The notes beneath the pieces are model-generated. The model worked only from the letters and a program-made list of their open reading frames with translations, was not told the DNA's origin and made no database searches. The translations under genes and the position numbers were made by a program. 52,326 bases of DNA, taken from an uncultured Bacilli bacterium (GTDB lineage Bacteria > Bacillota_I > Bacilli_A > RF39 > UBA660). The stretch is taken from NCBI GenBank assembly GCA_947624515.1, contig CANQKN010000003.1:1-52326 (forward strand), read 5' to 3'. Positions 30,968 through 41,412 of the stretch are shown here, piece after piece. How positions within the stretch are numbered: the stretch's first letter is position 1; every line of letters starts with the position of its first letter.

Positions 30968-31016
30968 CTAATCACCTATTTTTAAAAGAAGCAAAAAAAA
31001 CCACAATTGTGGTATT

Positions 31017-31139
31017 TTATTTAGATAATCTTTTACGACCTTTTGCTCTTCTTTTGTTTAATACTTTACCCTTAACTCTTGAAAAAAAGCCATGTGTTTT
31101 CTTCATTTTACGATTATTTGGTTGATAAGTTCTTTTCAT
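31017..31139 (-). CDS. rpmH: 50S ribosomal protein L34
   Basis: [18 protein letters not shown]...[19 protein letters not shown]; 40 aa. Confidence 0.95.
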   Translation of the reverse strand: MKRTYQPNNRKMKKTHGFFSRVKGKVLNKRRAKGRKRLSK

Positions 31140-31239
31140 AGTTCCACCTCCAGACATAAAATCTACATTATTATAATAAAATTTAAGAGGTTTTGTCAAT
31201 TCTTTCAAAAAAAAACTTTGAAAAATATCAATTTTCTTA

Positions 31240-31420
31240 TTTTCACAATTTCCACATACCTGTTTATAACTTTATTAACTTTGTGAATTAAAAAAAATTT
31301 TATTTTGTGGAAAAAAGCGTTATAATCAGTATATATAAGTATTTTAATTGTGGATAAGTATGTGCATAACTTGTTTATAAAAAAAATATCATTTTTTTCT
31401 ATTTATTTTTCCACAAAAGT
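31240..31420. promoter_or_regulatory. oriC upstream DnaA-box cluster / dnaA promoter region
   Basis: TGTGGATAA 31349-31357, TGTGCATAA 31361-31369, TTTTCCACA 31407-31415, further near matches at about 31248 and 31306. Confidence 0.85.
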
Positions 31421-31473
31421 AAGTTAAAATAAAAATTGCAATTTGAAATTATCTTTAGTCAGGGGGGATAATA

Positions 31474-32868
31474 GTGAATGTAAAAATTATTTGGTCTAAT
31501 TTTTTAAATAGCATTAAAAACGAACTAAATCCCCTATCTTTTGAAACTTGGTTTCAAAGTACTGAATTATATGAATATAAAGATGGAATTTGTAAGATTA
31601 TTGTTCCTATGGCAATTTATAAAAAACATTTAACTACAAAATATTATGACTTAATTGTAAATACTTTAAATCAAGTAGTAGGAGAAATTGTTGATATTCA
31701 ATTTTATACGAAAGAAGAATTAGAAGAACAAGAAGAAATCAAACAAGAAAATCAATATTCCAATTATCATAATAATATAAATGAAAATAGTGATAATAAT
31801 AATTTCGAAACAGATCATTTTGTATCTAATCTTAATAAAAATTATACCTTTGATAATTTTATTGTAGGAAATACTAACAAATTTGCACAGGCTGCTGCTT
31901 TAGAAGTTGCAGAAAATCCTGGGGCTTTATATAATCCTTTATTTATTTATGGAAATAGTGGGTTAGGAAAAACTCATTTAATGCATGCAATTGGAAATTA
32001 TATTACAGAACATTCTAATAAAAAAGTTTTATATGTATCTAGTGATCAATTTATATCAGATTTTTTAGGTATCAATAAAAAAGATGAACATGGAAAAAAT
32101 TTTGATTCAATTAATTATTTTAAAAATAAATATCGAAATATTGATGTCCTGATTGTAGATGATATTCAATTTTTTCAAGGGGCACCACAAACGCAAAATG
32201 AATTTTTTAATACTTTTACGAAATTACATGATGAAAATAAACAAATTATTATTTCTTCTGATCGATCCCCAGATGATTTAAAATTATTAGAAGATCGTTT
32301 ACGAACTCGATTTTGTTGGGGATTAACAGCTGATATTTTTCCACCAGATTTTGATTTAAGAGTTGCTATTCTAAAAAAGAAAATCATAGGGGAGTCTATT
32401 AATAAAAATATTCCTGATGATGTGATTGAATATATTGCTTCTAATGTAGGGAGTGATGTAAGACATTTAGAAGGATCTATTACTAGATTACTTGCTTATT
32501 CTACTATGATGGGCGGATATGAAATTAATTTAGATTTGGCAGTAGATGTATTAAAAGACTTTGTTAATAAAGGATATAGCGAAAAAAATAGTATTAATAG
32601 AATACAAAGAATTGTTGCTGAATACTTTCAAGTATCGGTAGATGATATGAAATCAAAAAAGAGAAGTGCTAATTTAGCATTTCCTAGACAAGTAGCAATG
32701 TATTTATGTAGAAAACTTACTAATGAATCTTTTCCACGAATAGGAATTGAGTTTGGTGGTAAAGATCATTCTACTGTAATGTATTCTGTTGAAAAATTAG
32801 AAAAAGAAATTAGTACAAATAAAGAATTAGCAAATATTATTGAAAAATTAAAAAAAGATATTGTGTGA
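31474..32868 (+). CDS. dnaA: Chromosomal replication initiator DnaA
   Basis: YNPLFIYGNSGLGKTHL, DDIQF, RQVAMYL, GGKDHSTV. Confidence 0.98.
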   Translation: MNVKIIWSNFLNSIKNELNPLSFETWFQSTELYEYKDGICKIIVPMAIYKKHLTTKYYDLIVNTLNQVVGEIVDIQFYTKEELEEQEEIKQENQYSNYHNNINENSDNNNFETDHFVSNLNKNYTFDNFIVGNTNKFAQAAALEVAENPGALYNPLFIYGNSGLGKTHLMHAIGNYITEHSNKKVLYVSSDQFISDFLGINKKDEHGKNFDSINYFKNKYRNIDVLIVDDIQFFQGAPQTQNEFFNTFTKLHDENKQIIISSDRSPDDLKLLEDRLRTRFCWGLTADIFPPDFDLRVAILKKKIIGESINKNIPDDVIEYIASNVGSDVRHLEGSITRLLAYSTMMGGYEINLDLAVDVLKDFVNKGYSEKNSINRIQRIVAEYFQVSVDDMKSKKRSANLAFPRQVAMYLCRKLTNESFPRIGIEFGGKDHSTVMYSVEKLEKEISTNKELANIIEKLKKDIV

Positions 32869-32995
32869 TGTGGAAAAAAATTAAATATTAAGATTTTTTT
32901 CCACAGGTAAAAATAAGAAAAAACTAAATAAAATATGCTTCTTACGAGTTATACACAATTTTCACAGTAATAATAATAAAAATTAATAAAGAAAG
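32869..32995. promoter_or_regulatory. oriC downstream part: DnaA boxes plus probable unwinding element
   Basis: TGTGGAAAA 32869, TTTTCCACA 32897, TTATACACA 32949, TTTTCACA about 32959, followed by (TAA)4 and an AT-rich tract. Confidence 0.8.
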
Positions 32996-33007
32996 AAGGA
33001 ATTATAT

Positions 33008-34129
33008 ATGAAATTAAAAATTAAAAAGGAGATATTATTAGATGGACTTAATAAAGTATCAAAAGCCTTGTCTAGTAAAAATCTAGTACCAGTTCTTGCA
33101 GGAATTAAATTTGAATTAACGGAAAAAGGATTATTATTAACAGCAAGCGATAATGATATTACAATTCAAGTATTCATAGATAAAACAGATGATATGAATA
33201 TTGAAAAAGAGGGAAGTATTATTATTCAAGGTAAATATATTTTAGATATTGTACGTAAACTTCCAGATGAATTTATTAATATAGAAGTAGTAGATGAATT
33301 AAAAATTACTATTTATACAGATAATAGCGAATTTAATTTAAATGGAATTGATAAAAATGAATATCCTAATATTAATTTAGATTTAAGTAAAAAACCATTA
33401 TCTATTAACAGTAGGATCTTTAGAAGTATTATTTCACAAACTAGTTTTGCAGCATCCAATGATGAGTCTAGACCTATTTTAACAGGAATTAATTTTAAAA
33501 TTATTGGAAATACAATGGAATGTAATTCTACCGATTCTTATCGTTTAGCTAGAAGATTGATTGAATTATCTACTCCAGTAGAAGAAAATTATAATATTGT
33601 AATTCCTAGTAAAAATTTATTAGAATTAGTAAAAATTATGGATGATAGCGAAGAATCTTTAGAATTACACATTTTTAATAATAAAATCTTAATCAAATAT
33701 CAAAATATTTTATTCCAATCAAGATTAATTAGTGGAACTTATCCTAATACAGCAAATTTATTACCAGATGAATTTGTGTTAGATATTAAAGTAGATGTTA
33801 ATGAATTATATAATGTAATTGATTGTGCTAGTATTTTAACAAGTGATAAAGAAAAAAATATTGTTACTTTTGAAATTGAAGGTAATAAATTATTTGTTAA
33901 AAGTAGTTCTGCTGAAATTGGTAGAGTAGAAGAAAAAATGAATATTGAAAAAGAACAAAATGAAAATCTTAAAATATCTTTTGTTGCTAAATATATGATG
34001 GAAGCATTAAAATCTTTTGAAGATGAAAAAGTAAAGATTTCTTTTGTAGGAGAAGTAAAACCAATTATTTTAAAATCTGAAAAAGATGAAGGATTAACTC
34101 AATTGGTTTTGCCAATTCGAACTTATTAA
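33008..34129 (+). CDS. dnaN: DNA polymerase III beta clamp
   Basis: SRPILTG, STDSYRLA, SRLISGTYP, LVLPIR. Confidence 0.97.
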   Translation: MKLKIKKEILLDGLNKVSKALSSKNLVPVLAGIKFELTEKGLLLTASDNDITIQVFIDKTDDMNIEKEGSIIIQGKYILDIVRKLPDEFINIEVVDELKITIYTDNSEFNLNGIDKNEYPNINLDLSKKPLSINSRIFRSIISQTSFAASNDESRPILTGINFKIIGNTMECNSTDSYRLARRLIELSTPVEENYNIVIPSKNLLELVKIMDDSEESLELHIFNNKILIKYQNILFQSRLISGTYPNTANLLPDEFVLDIKVDVNELYNVIDCASILTSDKEKNIVTFEIEGNKLFVKSSSAEIGRVEEKMNIEKEQNENLKISFVAKYMMEALKSFEDEKVKISFVGEVKPIILKSEKDEGLTQLVLPIRTY

Positions 34130-34292
34130 TCATATAAAAAAAATTAAAAAATGAGTAAATTTTTAATAATTTACTTCTTTTTTTTTGAAAAAGTAAAATT
34201 TTCTTGTTTATACGACATAAATCTTCTTTTTTCGACTTAATAACTTGCTATGATAAGACTCGCAATTTTAAATTGCACAGGGGGAAAAATAT

Positions 34293-34748
34293 ATGAAACA
34301 ATATGAAGTAAATGATGAAACACTAGCTGTAATTGGAATTAATGAAAATAATTCTAAAGTACTAGAAAAGAAAAAAGAATATCTAATTGAAAATAGTAGT
34401 TATGAAGTTATGGATTATTCTTGCCAATATTTTGGTAGTTCTTATTTAGGTAGGGTAGATGGTAGTAAGAAAATGTTAGGAGCAAATTATAAATTACCTA
34501 TTATTGTAGAAGAAAGTTCTGGATTAATTTTCTTTCCTATTACATCACCTGAAAATAAAGAATGTATTTGGATTTCTTTAAAATGGTATCAAGAAACTTT
34601 AGAATCAAAAGAACATACTTATATTATCTTAAAAAATGGTAAAAAAATATTGTGTTCTATTTCTAAAAAATCAATTGAAAATCAAGTAATGAGAGCTTCT
34701 AGATTAAATTTAATTTTAAATGAGCGAAAATTAGAAAAAATTAACTAA
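34293..34748 (+). CDS. ComK-family protein
   Basis: YEVNDETLA, SCQYFGSSYLGR, YKLPII, IFFPITSP...CIWISL. Confidence 0.75.
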   Translation: MKQYEVNDETLAVIGINENNSKVLEKKKEYLIENSSYEVMDYSCQYFGSSYLGRVDGSKKMLGANYKLPIIVEESSGLIFFPITSPENKECIWISLKWYQETLESKEHTYIILKNGKKILCSISKKSIENQVMRASRLNLILNERKLEKIN

Positions 34749-34871
34749 AAAAAGAAGAAAAAATCTTCTTTTTTTGTGTTTTTAGGCTCATATTATGATA
34801 TAATGTATATGTAGGTATAGGAGTACTTAATAATATAAAAGGTGATAATATGAGTTTTTTGTGGGTTTTTT

Positions 34872-35987
34872 ATGTATTTATCAAAATTAGAAGTTAATCA
34901 TTTTCGAAATTATAAAAAAGAAAAACTATCGTTATGTAATAACATTAATATTTTTATAGGAGATAATGCTCAAGGAAAAACAAATATTTTAGAAAGTATT
35001 TATATACTTGCACTTACGAAATCACATCGTTTAGGTTTCGAAAATAATATCATTCAAAATGGTTTTTCTTGTTGTAAAATAAAAGGAATTTTAAGAGATA
35101 ATGATGAATTAAAAGAGTTAGAAATTCAAGTATCTGAAGAAAAAAAAAGTGTTTTTATTAATCAAAAAGAAATTAAAAAAATTGCATCTTATATTTCTAA
35201 TATGAATGTAATTATGTTTTGTCCAAATGATTTAGATATTATTAAAGGATCTCCACAAGTTCGAAGAAATCTGTTAAATATTCAAATTAGTCAATTATAT
35301 CCATTATATGTCAATTATTTAAATGAATATAATAAAATCTTAAAAAATAGAAATGAATATTTAAAACAAATGAGTCTTAATGGATTTACTGATACTAGAT
35401 ATTTAGATATTATAAATGAAAAACTAGTAGATCGTGGAACAAAAATTTATTTAATGAGAAAAAAATACTTAGATTTTATTAATTCTAAAATAGGACTTAT
35501 TTATGAAAATATTATGAATATTAATCACTTACAAATTCTTTATGAAAATAACTTAGATTTAAAAAATTATCAAGAAGAAGAAATTAAGAAATGTTTCTAT
35601 TATAAATTAAAATCTAATTTAAAAAGAGAAATATCTCAAGGAATGACATTATATGGACCGCATCGAGATGATTTTTCATTTTATATTAAAGATGAAAATA
35701 TGAAATTTTTTTCTTCTCAAGGACAACAGCGTATTGCCATTATTTCTTTTAAATTGGCAGAAGTAGAAATTTTTAATCAAGAAAAGAATAGTAGTCCTAT
35801 ACTTTTATTAGATGATATTTTTAGTGAATTAGATATTGAGAAAAGAAATAAATTAATGAAATATATTCCAAATGATGTTCAAACTATTATTACTACGACA
35901 GATCTAAAAAATATTCAAAAGAAAATGATGAAACAGGCAAAAGTTTTTATTGTTGAACAAGGAAAAATAAGGGAAAAGGTGAAATAA
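34872..35987 (+). CDS. recF: DNA replication/repair protein RecF
   Basis: [36 protein letters not shown]. Confidence 0.97.
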   Translation: MYLSKLEVNHFRNYKKEKLSLCNNINIFIGDNAQGKTNILESIYILALTKSHRLGFENNIIQNGFSCCKIKGILRDNDELKELEIQVSEEKKSVFINQKEIKKIASYISNMNVIMFCPNDLDIIKGSPQVRRNLLNIQISQLYPLYVNYLNEYNKILKNRNEYLKQMSLNGFTDTRYLDIINEKLVDRGTKIYLMRKKYLDFINSKIGLIYENIMNINHLQILYENNLDLKNYQEEEIKKCFYYKLKSNLKREISQGMTLYGPHRDDFSFYIKDENMKFFSSQGQQRIAIISFKLAEVEIFNQEKNSSPILLLDDIFSELDIEKRNKLMKYIPNDVQTIITTTDLKNIQKKMMKQAKVFIVEQGKIREKVK

Positions 35988-35988
35988 A

Positions 35989-37926
35989 ATGAATACAGAA
36001 GAAAAAGAATTAGAACATTATGATGCTTCGGATATTCAAGTATTAGAAGGATTAGAAGCTGTAAGAAAAAGACCAGGTATGTACATTGGTACCACTGATG
36101 TAAAAGGATTACACCATTTAGTATGGGAAATTGTAGATAATGCTATTGATGAAGCATTAGCAGGTTTTTGTCATAATATTGAAGTAATTATTAATAAAGA
36201 TAATTCTATTACTGTAAAGGATGATGGTAGAGGTATTCCAGTAGATATTCATCCTAAAACAAAAATTTCCACAGTAGAAACAGTTTATACAGTACTTCAT
36301 GCTGGTGGAAAATTTGGTGGTGGCGGTTATAAAGTATCTGGAGGACTTCACGGAGTAGGTGCTAGTGTTGTTAATGCTCTTAGTAGATGGGTAGAAGTTA
36401 CTGTGTATAAAGAAGGAAAAATTCATCAAATTCGCTTTGAAAATGGTGGACATACTAAAGAACCATTACACATAATAGGTGAATGTAGTAGTGATAGAAG
36501 TGGAACTACTGTTACTTTTAAACCAGATCCTGAAATATTTGATACAGATATTTATGATTATGATACTTTGAAAACAAGAATAAGAGAACTTGCTTTCTTA
36601 AATAGAGGTTTATCTCTTACGATTCGTGATGATCGCGATTTAGAAGATACTACTGGTGAAACTTTTCTTTATGAAGGTGGAATTAGTGAATATGTTAAAT
36701 TTATTAATCAAGAAAAAACTCCATTACATGAAGATATCATTCATTTAAGTGGGGAAAAAGATAATGTCTTTTTTGAAGTAGCTATGCAGTATAATACCTC
36801 ATATAATCCTAATATTTATTCATTTGTTAATAATATTAATACTCATGATGGTGGTACTCATGAAGAAGGAGTAAAAAGAGCATTAACAAGAGTTATTAAC
36901 AGTTATGCTAGAAAAGCTAATTTATTAAAAGAAAAAGATGAAAATCTAAAAGATGATGATGTCAAAGAAGGTCTTACCATGATTATTTCTTGTAAGCATC
37001 CAAATCCTCAATTTGAGGGACAAACAAAAGGTAGACTTGGAAATTCTGAAGTAAGAAATTTAGCTGATAGTGTATTTAGTGAAGGATTTGAAAGATTTTT
37101 ACTTGAAAATCCAGAAGAAGCTCGAACAATTATTAATAAAGCAATCTTAGCAAGAAATGCTAGAATGGCTGCTAAGAAAGCTAGAGAAGCAACTCGTAAA
37201 AGTGATTTGGCAACTACCAATTTCTTTGGTAAATTGTCAGACTGTAAGAGTAAAGATCCTAGTATTTCAGAAATATTTATTGTCGAAGGAGATAGTGCAG
37301 GAGGGTCTGCTAAAAAAGGTAGAGATTCAATGACACAAGCTATTCTTCCATTAAGAGGAAAAATTTTAAATGTAGAAAAGGCTAGATTAGATAAGGCATT
37401 AGGTAATGAAGAAATCAAAACTATTATTACAGCTTTTGGTACTGGTATTGGAGAATACTTTGATTTATCTAAATTGAGATATGATAAAATCATTATTATG
37501 ACGGATGCTGATGTAGATGGCTCTCATATTCGTGTCTTATTATTAACTTTATTTTATCGTTTCTTTAGACCAATTGTAGAAGCTGGTCATGTTTATGCTG
37601 CGCAACCTCCACTTTTTAGAATTATGCATGGTAAAACAAGAAAATATGTTTTAAATGAAGAAGAACTTGCTAATTATTTGGCTTCACTTCCAGAAAATGT
37701 ACGATCTAAAGCCGAAATTGCTCGTATGAAAGGATTAGGAGAGATGGATGCTGAAGAATTAAATGAAACAACCATGGATATTGAAAAAAGAGTTCTAAGA
37801 AAAATTACAATCAATGATTGTGTAGCCGCAGATTCTGTATTTGAAAGATTAATGGGGGATGAAGTAGATCCTAGAAGAAAATTCATTGAAGAAAATGCTA
37901 GAAAGGTAACAAATCTTGATATTTAG
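35989..37926 (+). CDS. gyrB: DNA gyrase subunit B
   Basis: [49 protein letters not shown]. Confidence 0.97.
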   Translation: MNTEEKELEHYDASDIQVLEGLEAVRKRPGMYIGTTDVKGLHHLVWEIVDNAIDEALAGFCHNIEVIINKDNSITVKDDGRGIPVDIHPKTKISTVETVYTVLHAGGKFGGGGYKVSGGLHGVGASVVNALSRWVEVTVYKEGKIHQIRFENGGHTKEPLHIIGECSSDRSGTTVTFKPDPEIFDTDIYDYDTLKTRIRELAFLNRGLSLTIRDDRDLEDTTGETFLYEGGISEYVKFINQEKTPLHEDIIHLSGEKDNVFFEVAMQYNTSYNPNIYSFVNNINTHDGGTHEEGVKRALTRVINSYARKANLLKEKDENLKDDDVKEGLTMIISCKHPNPQFEGQTKGRLGNSEVRNLADSVFSEGFERFLLENPEEARTIINKAILARNARMAAKKAREATRKSDLATTNFFGKLSDCKSKDPSISEIFIVEGDSAGGSAKKGRDSMTQAILPLRGKILNVEKARLDKALGNEEIKTIITAFGTGIGEYFDLSKLRYDKIIIMTDADVDGSHIRVLLLTLFYRFFRPIVEAGHVYAAQPPLFRIMHGKTRKYVLNEEELANYLASLPENVRSKAEIARMKGLGEMDAEELNETTMDIEKRVLRKITINDCVAADSVFERLMGDEVDPRRKFIEENARKVTNLDI

Positions 37927-37937
37927 GAGGTGAATTT

Positions 37938-40580
37938 ATGGATAACAAAGATGATTTAAATGAGTTATTAAAAAGAGCTGAAATAGAAGAAGAAAACAAT
38001 AATCAAAATGATGATACTTTTTTAGAAATAGAAACATCATTAGAAGATAATTCTAATAATGATGATGAAGGTGGTAATAATTTTAGTGGTTATTTTCATG
38101 AAAGAGATCGATTAGATCATAATAATATTGTTAACGAAGTAGAAACTTCATTTTTGGAATATTCCGTAAGTGTTATTACTTCTCGTGCTTTACCTGATTT
38201 GAGAGATGGTTTAAAACCTGTTCATAGACGTATTTTATGGTCAATGTATGAATCTGGATATACTCCTGATAAACCTCATAGAAAGAGTGCTAAAACAGTT
38301 GGTGAAGTTATGGGTAATTACCATCCTCATGGAGATAGTTCTATTTATGAGGCTATGGTTAGGTTAGCACAAGATTTTAACCAACGTTATATGTTAATTG
38401 ATGGCCATGGAAATTTTGGTAATATTGAGGGTGATGGAGCAGCAGCAATGCGTTATACTGAATCGCGACTTTCTAAAATTTCTTTGGAATTATTACGTGA
38501 TATTGGTAAAGATACTGTTGATATGGATGACAACTTTGATGTGACTAGAAAAGAACCAAAGGTTTTACCTTCTAGATTTCCTAATTTATTAGTAAATGGT
38601 TCTATGGGAATAGCAGTAGGTATGGCAACTAATATACCACCTCATAATTTAGGGGAAGTAATTGATGGTTGTGTTGCATATATTGATAATCCTGATATTG
38701 ATACTCTTGGTTTAATGGAATATATTAAAGGTCCTGATTTTCCGACTGGCGGAATTATTTTAGGAAATTCTGGTATTCGTAAAGCTTATGAAACAGGTAG
38801 AGGATCTATTACAATTCGTAGTAAAGCAACTATAGAAGATGTTGGTAGTCATAGTAATATTATTATTGATGAAGTTCCTTATGGCGTAAATACTATGGAA
38901 TTAAAAAATAAAGTTGCCGAACTTGTTCATAATAAAATTATTGATGGTATTTCTGATTATCATACAGATTTAAAAGATGGCGTTAAAATTACGATTACTT
39001 TAAAGAAAGATGCTAATCCTCAAGTAGTATTGAATAATTTATATAAACATACTAATTTTCAAGTTAATTATGGAATTATCTTTTTAGTATTGGATGGTCA
39101 AACACCTAAGACTTTAGGATTAAAAGATATGATTGCTAAGTATATTGATCATCAAAAAGAAGTTATTATTAGAAGAACTAGATATGATTTAGGAAAAGCT
39201 GAAGAGAGAGTTCACATTTTAGAAGGTCTAAGAATTGCTTTAGATAATATTGATGAGGTTGTACGGATTATTAGAGCTGCTGATAGTGATGAAGATGCTA
39301 GGGCAAATTTAATGGCTAGATTTGAACTGGATGAAATTCAAGCAAATAGTATTTTAGAAATGAGATTACGCAGATTAACTGGATTAGAACGTAGTAAAGT
39401 AGAAGATGAATTAAATGATTTATTGGTTAAAATTGCTGATTATAAAGATATTTTAGCTAATTCTCAAAGAGTTCTAGATATTATTAAAGAAGAAATGTTA
39501 GAAATTAAGAAAAAATATGCAGATGATAGACGTACTAAAATTGATATGACTGCTATTGATTATATTGAAGATGAATCTTTAATACCTGTGGAAAAAATAT
39601 TAATTACTTTAACAAATAAAGGCTATATTAAGAGAGTTGGTATTGATGAATATAGAACACAAAATCGTGGAGGCGTTGGTATCAAAGGAATGGCAACAAA
39701 TGAAGAGGATTTTGTGGAAAAAATGATTAATATGGAAACTCATGATTATATTTTATTCTTTAGTAATAAAGGAAAAATTTATCGTATGAAAGGTTATGAA
39801 ATTCCACAATTTAGTAGACAAAGTAAAGGTTTACCAATAATTAATTTATTACCTGTGGATAAAGATGAAAAAATTAATTCTATTGTTTCCTTGGATGCAA
39901 AAGAGAATAACTATAAATATTTATTCTTTATCACTAAGAATGGTATTGTTAAACGTACTGATTTATCTGAATTTGAAAATATCAGAAGTGGTGGTAAAAT
40001 AGCGATTACATTAAAAGATGATGATGAATTGATTTCTGTTAGTAAGACAATTGGTACAAATGAAATTATTATTGGTGCTTCTAATGGTCGAATGGTTAGA
40101 TTTGTTGAAGATGAAGTTCGTATTATGGGCCGTACTGCTGCTGGTGTTAGAGGTATTGATCTAAGCGGAGCAAAAGTAGTTGGTGGAGAAGTAATTAATG
40201 ATGATGAACAAGTATTGATTGTTACTGAAAAAGGTTACGGAAAGAAAACTCCAATTGGCGAATATAGATTAACTCATAGGGGAAGTAAAGGTGTAAAAGC
40301 ATTAAATGTTACTGAAAAAAATGGTATGTTAGTATCTTTAAAAGCAGTATCTGGTGAAGAAGATTTAGTTATTATTACAGATAGTGGTATTATTATGAGA
40401 ATGTCTATGGATCAAATTTCAACTTTGGGTAGGGCAACGCAAGGTGTTCGATTAATTAAATTAAAAGATGAACAAAAAGTTGCTACTGTTTCTACCATTT
40501 TGAAAGAAGAAACTGATGAAACTTCTAATGAGGTAACTGATTCTGAAACTGAAGAGAGTGTTGAGAGTGTATCTGAATAG
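37938..40580 (+). CDS. gyrA: DNA gyrase subunit A
   Basis: [22 protein letters not shown], GyrA-box QNRGGVG. Confidence 0.97.
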   Translation: MDNKDDLNELLKRAEIEEENNNQNDDTFLEIETSLEDNSNNDDEGGNNFSGYFHERDRLDHNNIVNEVETSFLEYSVSVITSRALPDLRDGLKPVHRRILWSMYESGYTPDKPHRKSAKTVGEVMGNYHPHGDSSIYEAMVRLAQDFNQRYMLIDGHGNFGNIEGDGAAAMRYTESRLSKISLELLRDIGKDTVDMDDNFDVTRKEPKVLPSRFPNLLVNGSMGIAVGMATNIPPHNLGEVIDGCVAYIDNPDIDTLGLMEYIKGPDFPTGGIILGNSGIRKAYETGRGSITIRSKATIEDVGSHSNIIIDEVPYGVNTMELKNKVAELVHNKIIDGISDYHTDLKDGVKITITLKKDANPQVVLNNLYKHTNFQVNYGIIFLVLDGQTPKTLGLKDMIAKYIDHQKEVIIRRTRYDLGKAEERVHILEGLRIALDNIDEVVRIIRAADSDEDARANLMARFELDEIQANSILEMRLRRLTGLERSKVEDELNDLLVKIADYKDILANSQRVLDIIKEEMLEIKKKYADDRRTKIDMTAIDYIEDESLIPVEKILITLTNKGYIKRVGIDEYRTQNRGGVGIKGMATNEEDFVEKMINMETHDYILFFSNKGKIYRMKGYEIPQFSRQSKGLPIINLLPVDKDEKINSIVSLDAKENNYKYLFFITKNGIVKRTDLSEFENIRSGGKIAITLKDDDELISVSKTIGTNEIIIGASNGRMVRFVEDEVRIMGRTAAGVRGIDLSGAKVVGGEVINDDEQVLIVTEKGYGKKTPIGEYRLTHRGSKGVKALNVTEKNGMLVSLKAVSGEEDLVIITDSGIIMRMSMDQISTLGRATQGVRLIKLKDEQKVATVSTILKEETDETSNEVTDSETEESVESVSE

Positions 40581-40594
40581 TTACACTCTTTTTA

Positions 40595-40610
40595 TGTTTC
40601 ACGTGAAACA
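40595..40610. promoter_or_regulatory. parS site 1
   Basis: TGTTTCACGTGAAACA perfect consensus. Confidence 0.93.
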
Positions 40611-40617
40611 TAAAATT

Positions 40618-40631
40618 ATTTCCCGGGAAAT
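40618..40631. promoter_or_regulatory. Noc-binding site (NBS)
   Basis: ATTTCCCGGGAAAT, 7 bp from parS1. Confidence 0.85.
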
Positions 40632-40661
40632 AATTGTTTGAATTTTTTATTATTAAATTAA

Positions 40662-40677
40662 TGTTTCACGTGAAACA
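40662..40677. promoter_or_regulatory. parS site 2
   Basis: TGTTTCACGTGAAACA within a 38-bp perfect palindrome (40651-40688). Confidence 0.93.
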
Positions 40678-40744
40678 TTAATTTAATATTTAACTATTTC
40701 TAAAATATTTATGAATATTGATTTGATAAATATATAATTGACAA

Positions 40745-40760
40745 TGTTTCACGTGAAACA
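40745..40760. promoter_or_regulatory. parS site 3
   Basis: TGTTTCACGTGAAACA. Confidence 0.93.
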
Positions 40761-40807
40761 TTGAAAAAAAGTTGTTTTTTTTAAATTTTTATATTAGTAT
40801 ATTATAC

Positions 40808-40879
40808 GTGCAATAAATATGAATGGAAACAGGTCAGGATTGGAAAATAGCAGCCTTAACATTTTATATTTATGTGCAC
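40808..40879 (+). ncRNA. ffs: Small SRP RNA (4.5S type)
   Basis: Helix-8 motif AGGTCAGG-ATT-GGAA-AAT-AGCAGCCT; closing stem GTGCA...ATAAATAT/ATATTTAT...TGCAC; T-tract downstream; near tadA-dnaX. Confidence 0.85.
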
Positions 40880-40903
40880 TTTTTTTGTAGGTGATATTAT
40901 TCT

Positions 40904-41350
40904 ATGAACAATGATCTATTTTTTATGAATGAAGCATTAAAAGAAGCAAATAAAGCATATGATAAAGGAGAAATTCCAATTGGAGCTATAATTGTTAAAA
41001 ATAATAAGATTATTTCGAAGGCTCACAATTTGAAAGAGTCAAAAAACAATGCTTGTAAGCATGCAGAATTAATAGCTATTGAAAAAGCTAGTAGAAAATT
41101 AAAAAATTGGCGTTTATTAGATTGTACTATTTATGTTACAATGTTTCCTTGTCCAATGTGTGCTAGTGCTATTAATCAATCTAGAATTTCTAAATTGGTA
41201 TATGGAACTATTCCAAAATATGCTAATAAAGAACTGATTTCTTCCATTCTAAATGATAAAAATTATGGAAATCCTGTTAAAATTGTTGATAAAATTTTAG
41301 AAAAAGATTGTACACAATTGTTAAAAAAATTTTTTCTAAAAAAAAGGTAA
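40904..41350 (+). CDS. tadA: tRNA adenosine(34) deaminase
   Basis: GEIPIGA, HAE, NWRL, PCPMC. Confidence 0.9.
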   Translation: MNNDLFFMNEALKEANKAYDKGEIPIGAIIVKNNKIISKAHNLKESKNNACKHAELIAIEKASRKLKNWRLLDCTIYVTMFPCPMCASAINQSRISKLVYGTIPKYANKELISSILNDKNYGNPVKIVDKILEKDCTQLLKKFFLKKR

Positions 41351-41412
41351 TAATTGATTATAATTATTACTTTTTTAATGTTATAATATAGATATATTTT
41401 GGAGGTGTATTT

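Noticed and set aside
39510-39535. YADD tetrapeptide resembling an RT active site
   Set aside because: It lies inside GyrA (KKYADDRRT), a conserved gyrase segment; coincidental.
35989-40580. Topoisomerase IV (parE/parC)
   Set aside because: A GyrA-box is present and the genes sit in the canonical recF-gyrB-gyrA origin context.
40590-40765. CRISPR array from repeated palindromes
   Set aside because: The repeats are exact 16-bp parS consensus with irregular spacing, and there are no cas genes.
40581-40900. rRNA operon or tRNAs after gyrA as in B. subtilis
   Set aside because: The gap is only about 320 bp and holds parS, NBS and ffs; I recognised no rRNA or tRNA sequence.
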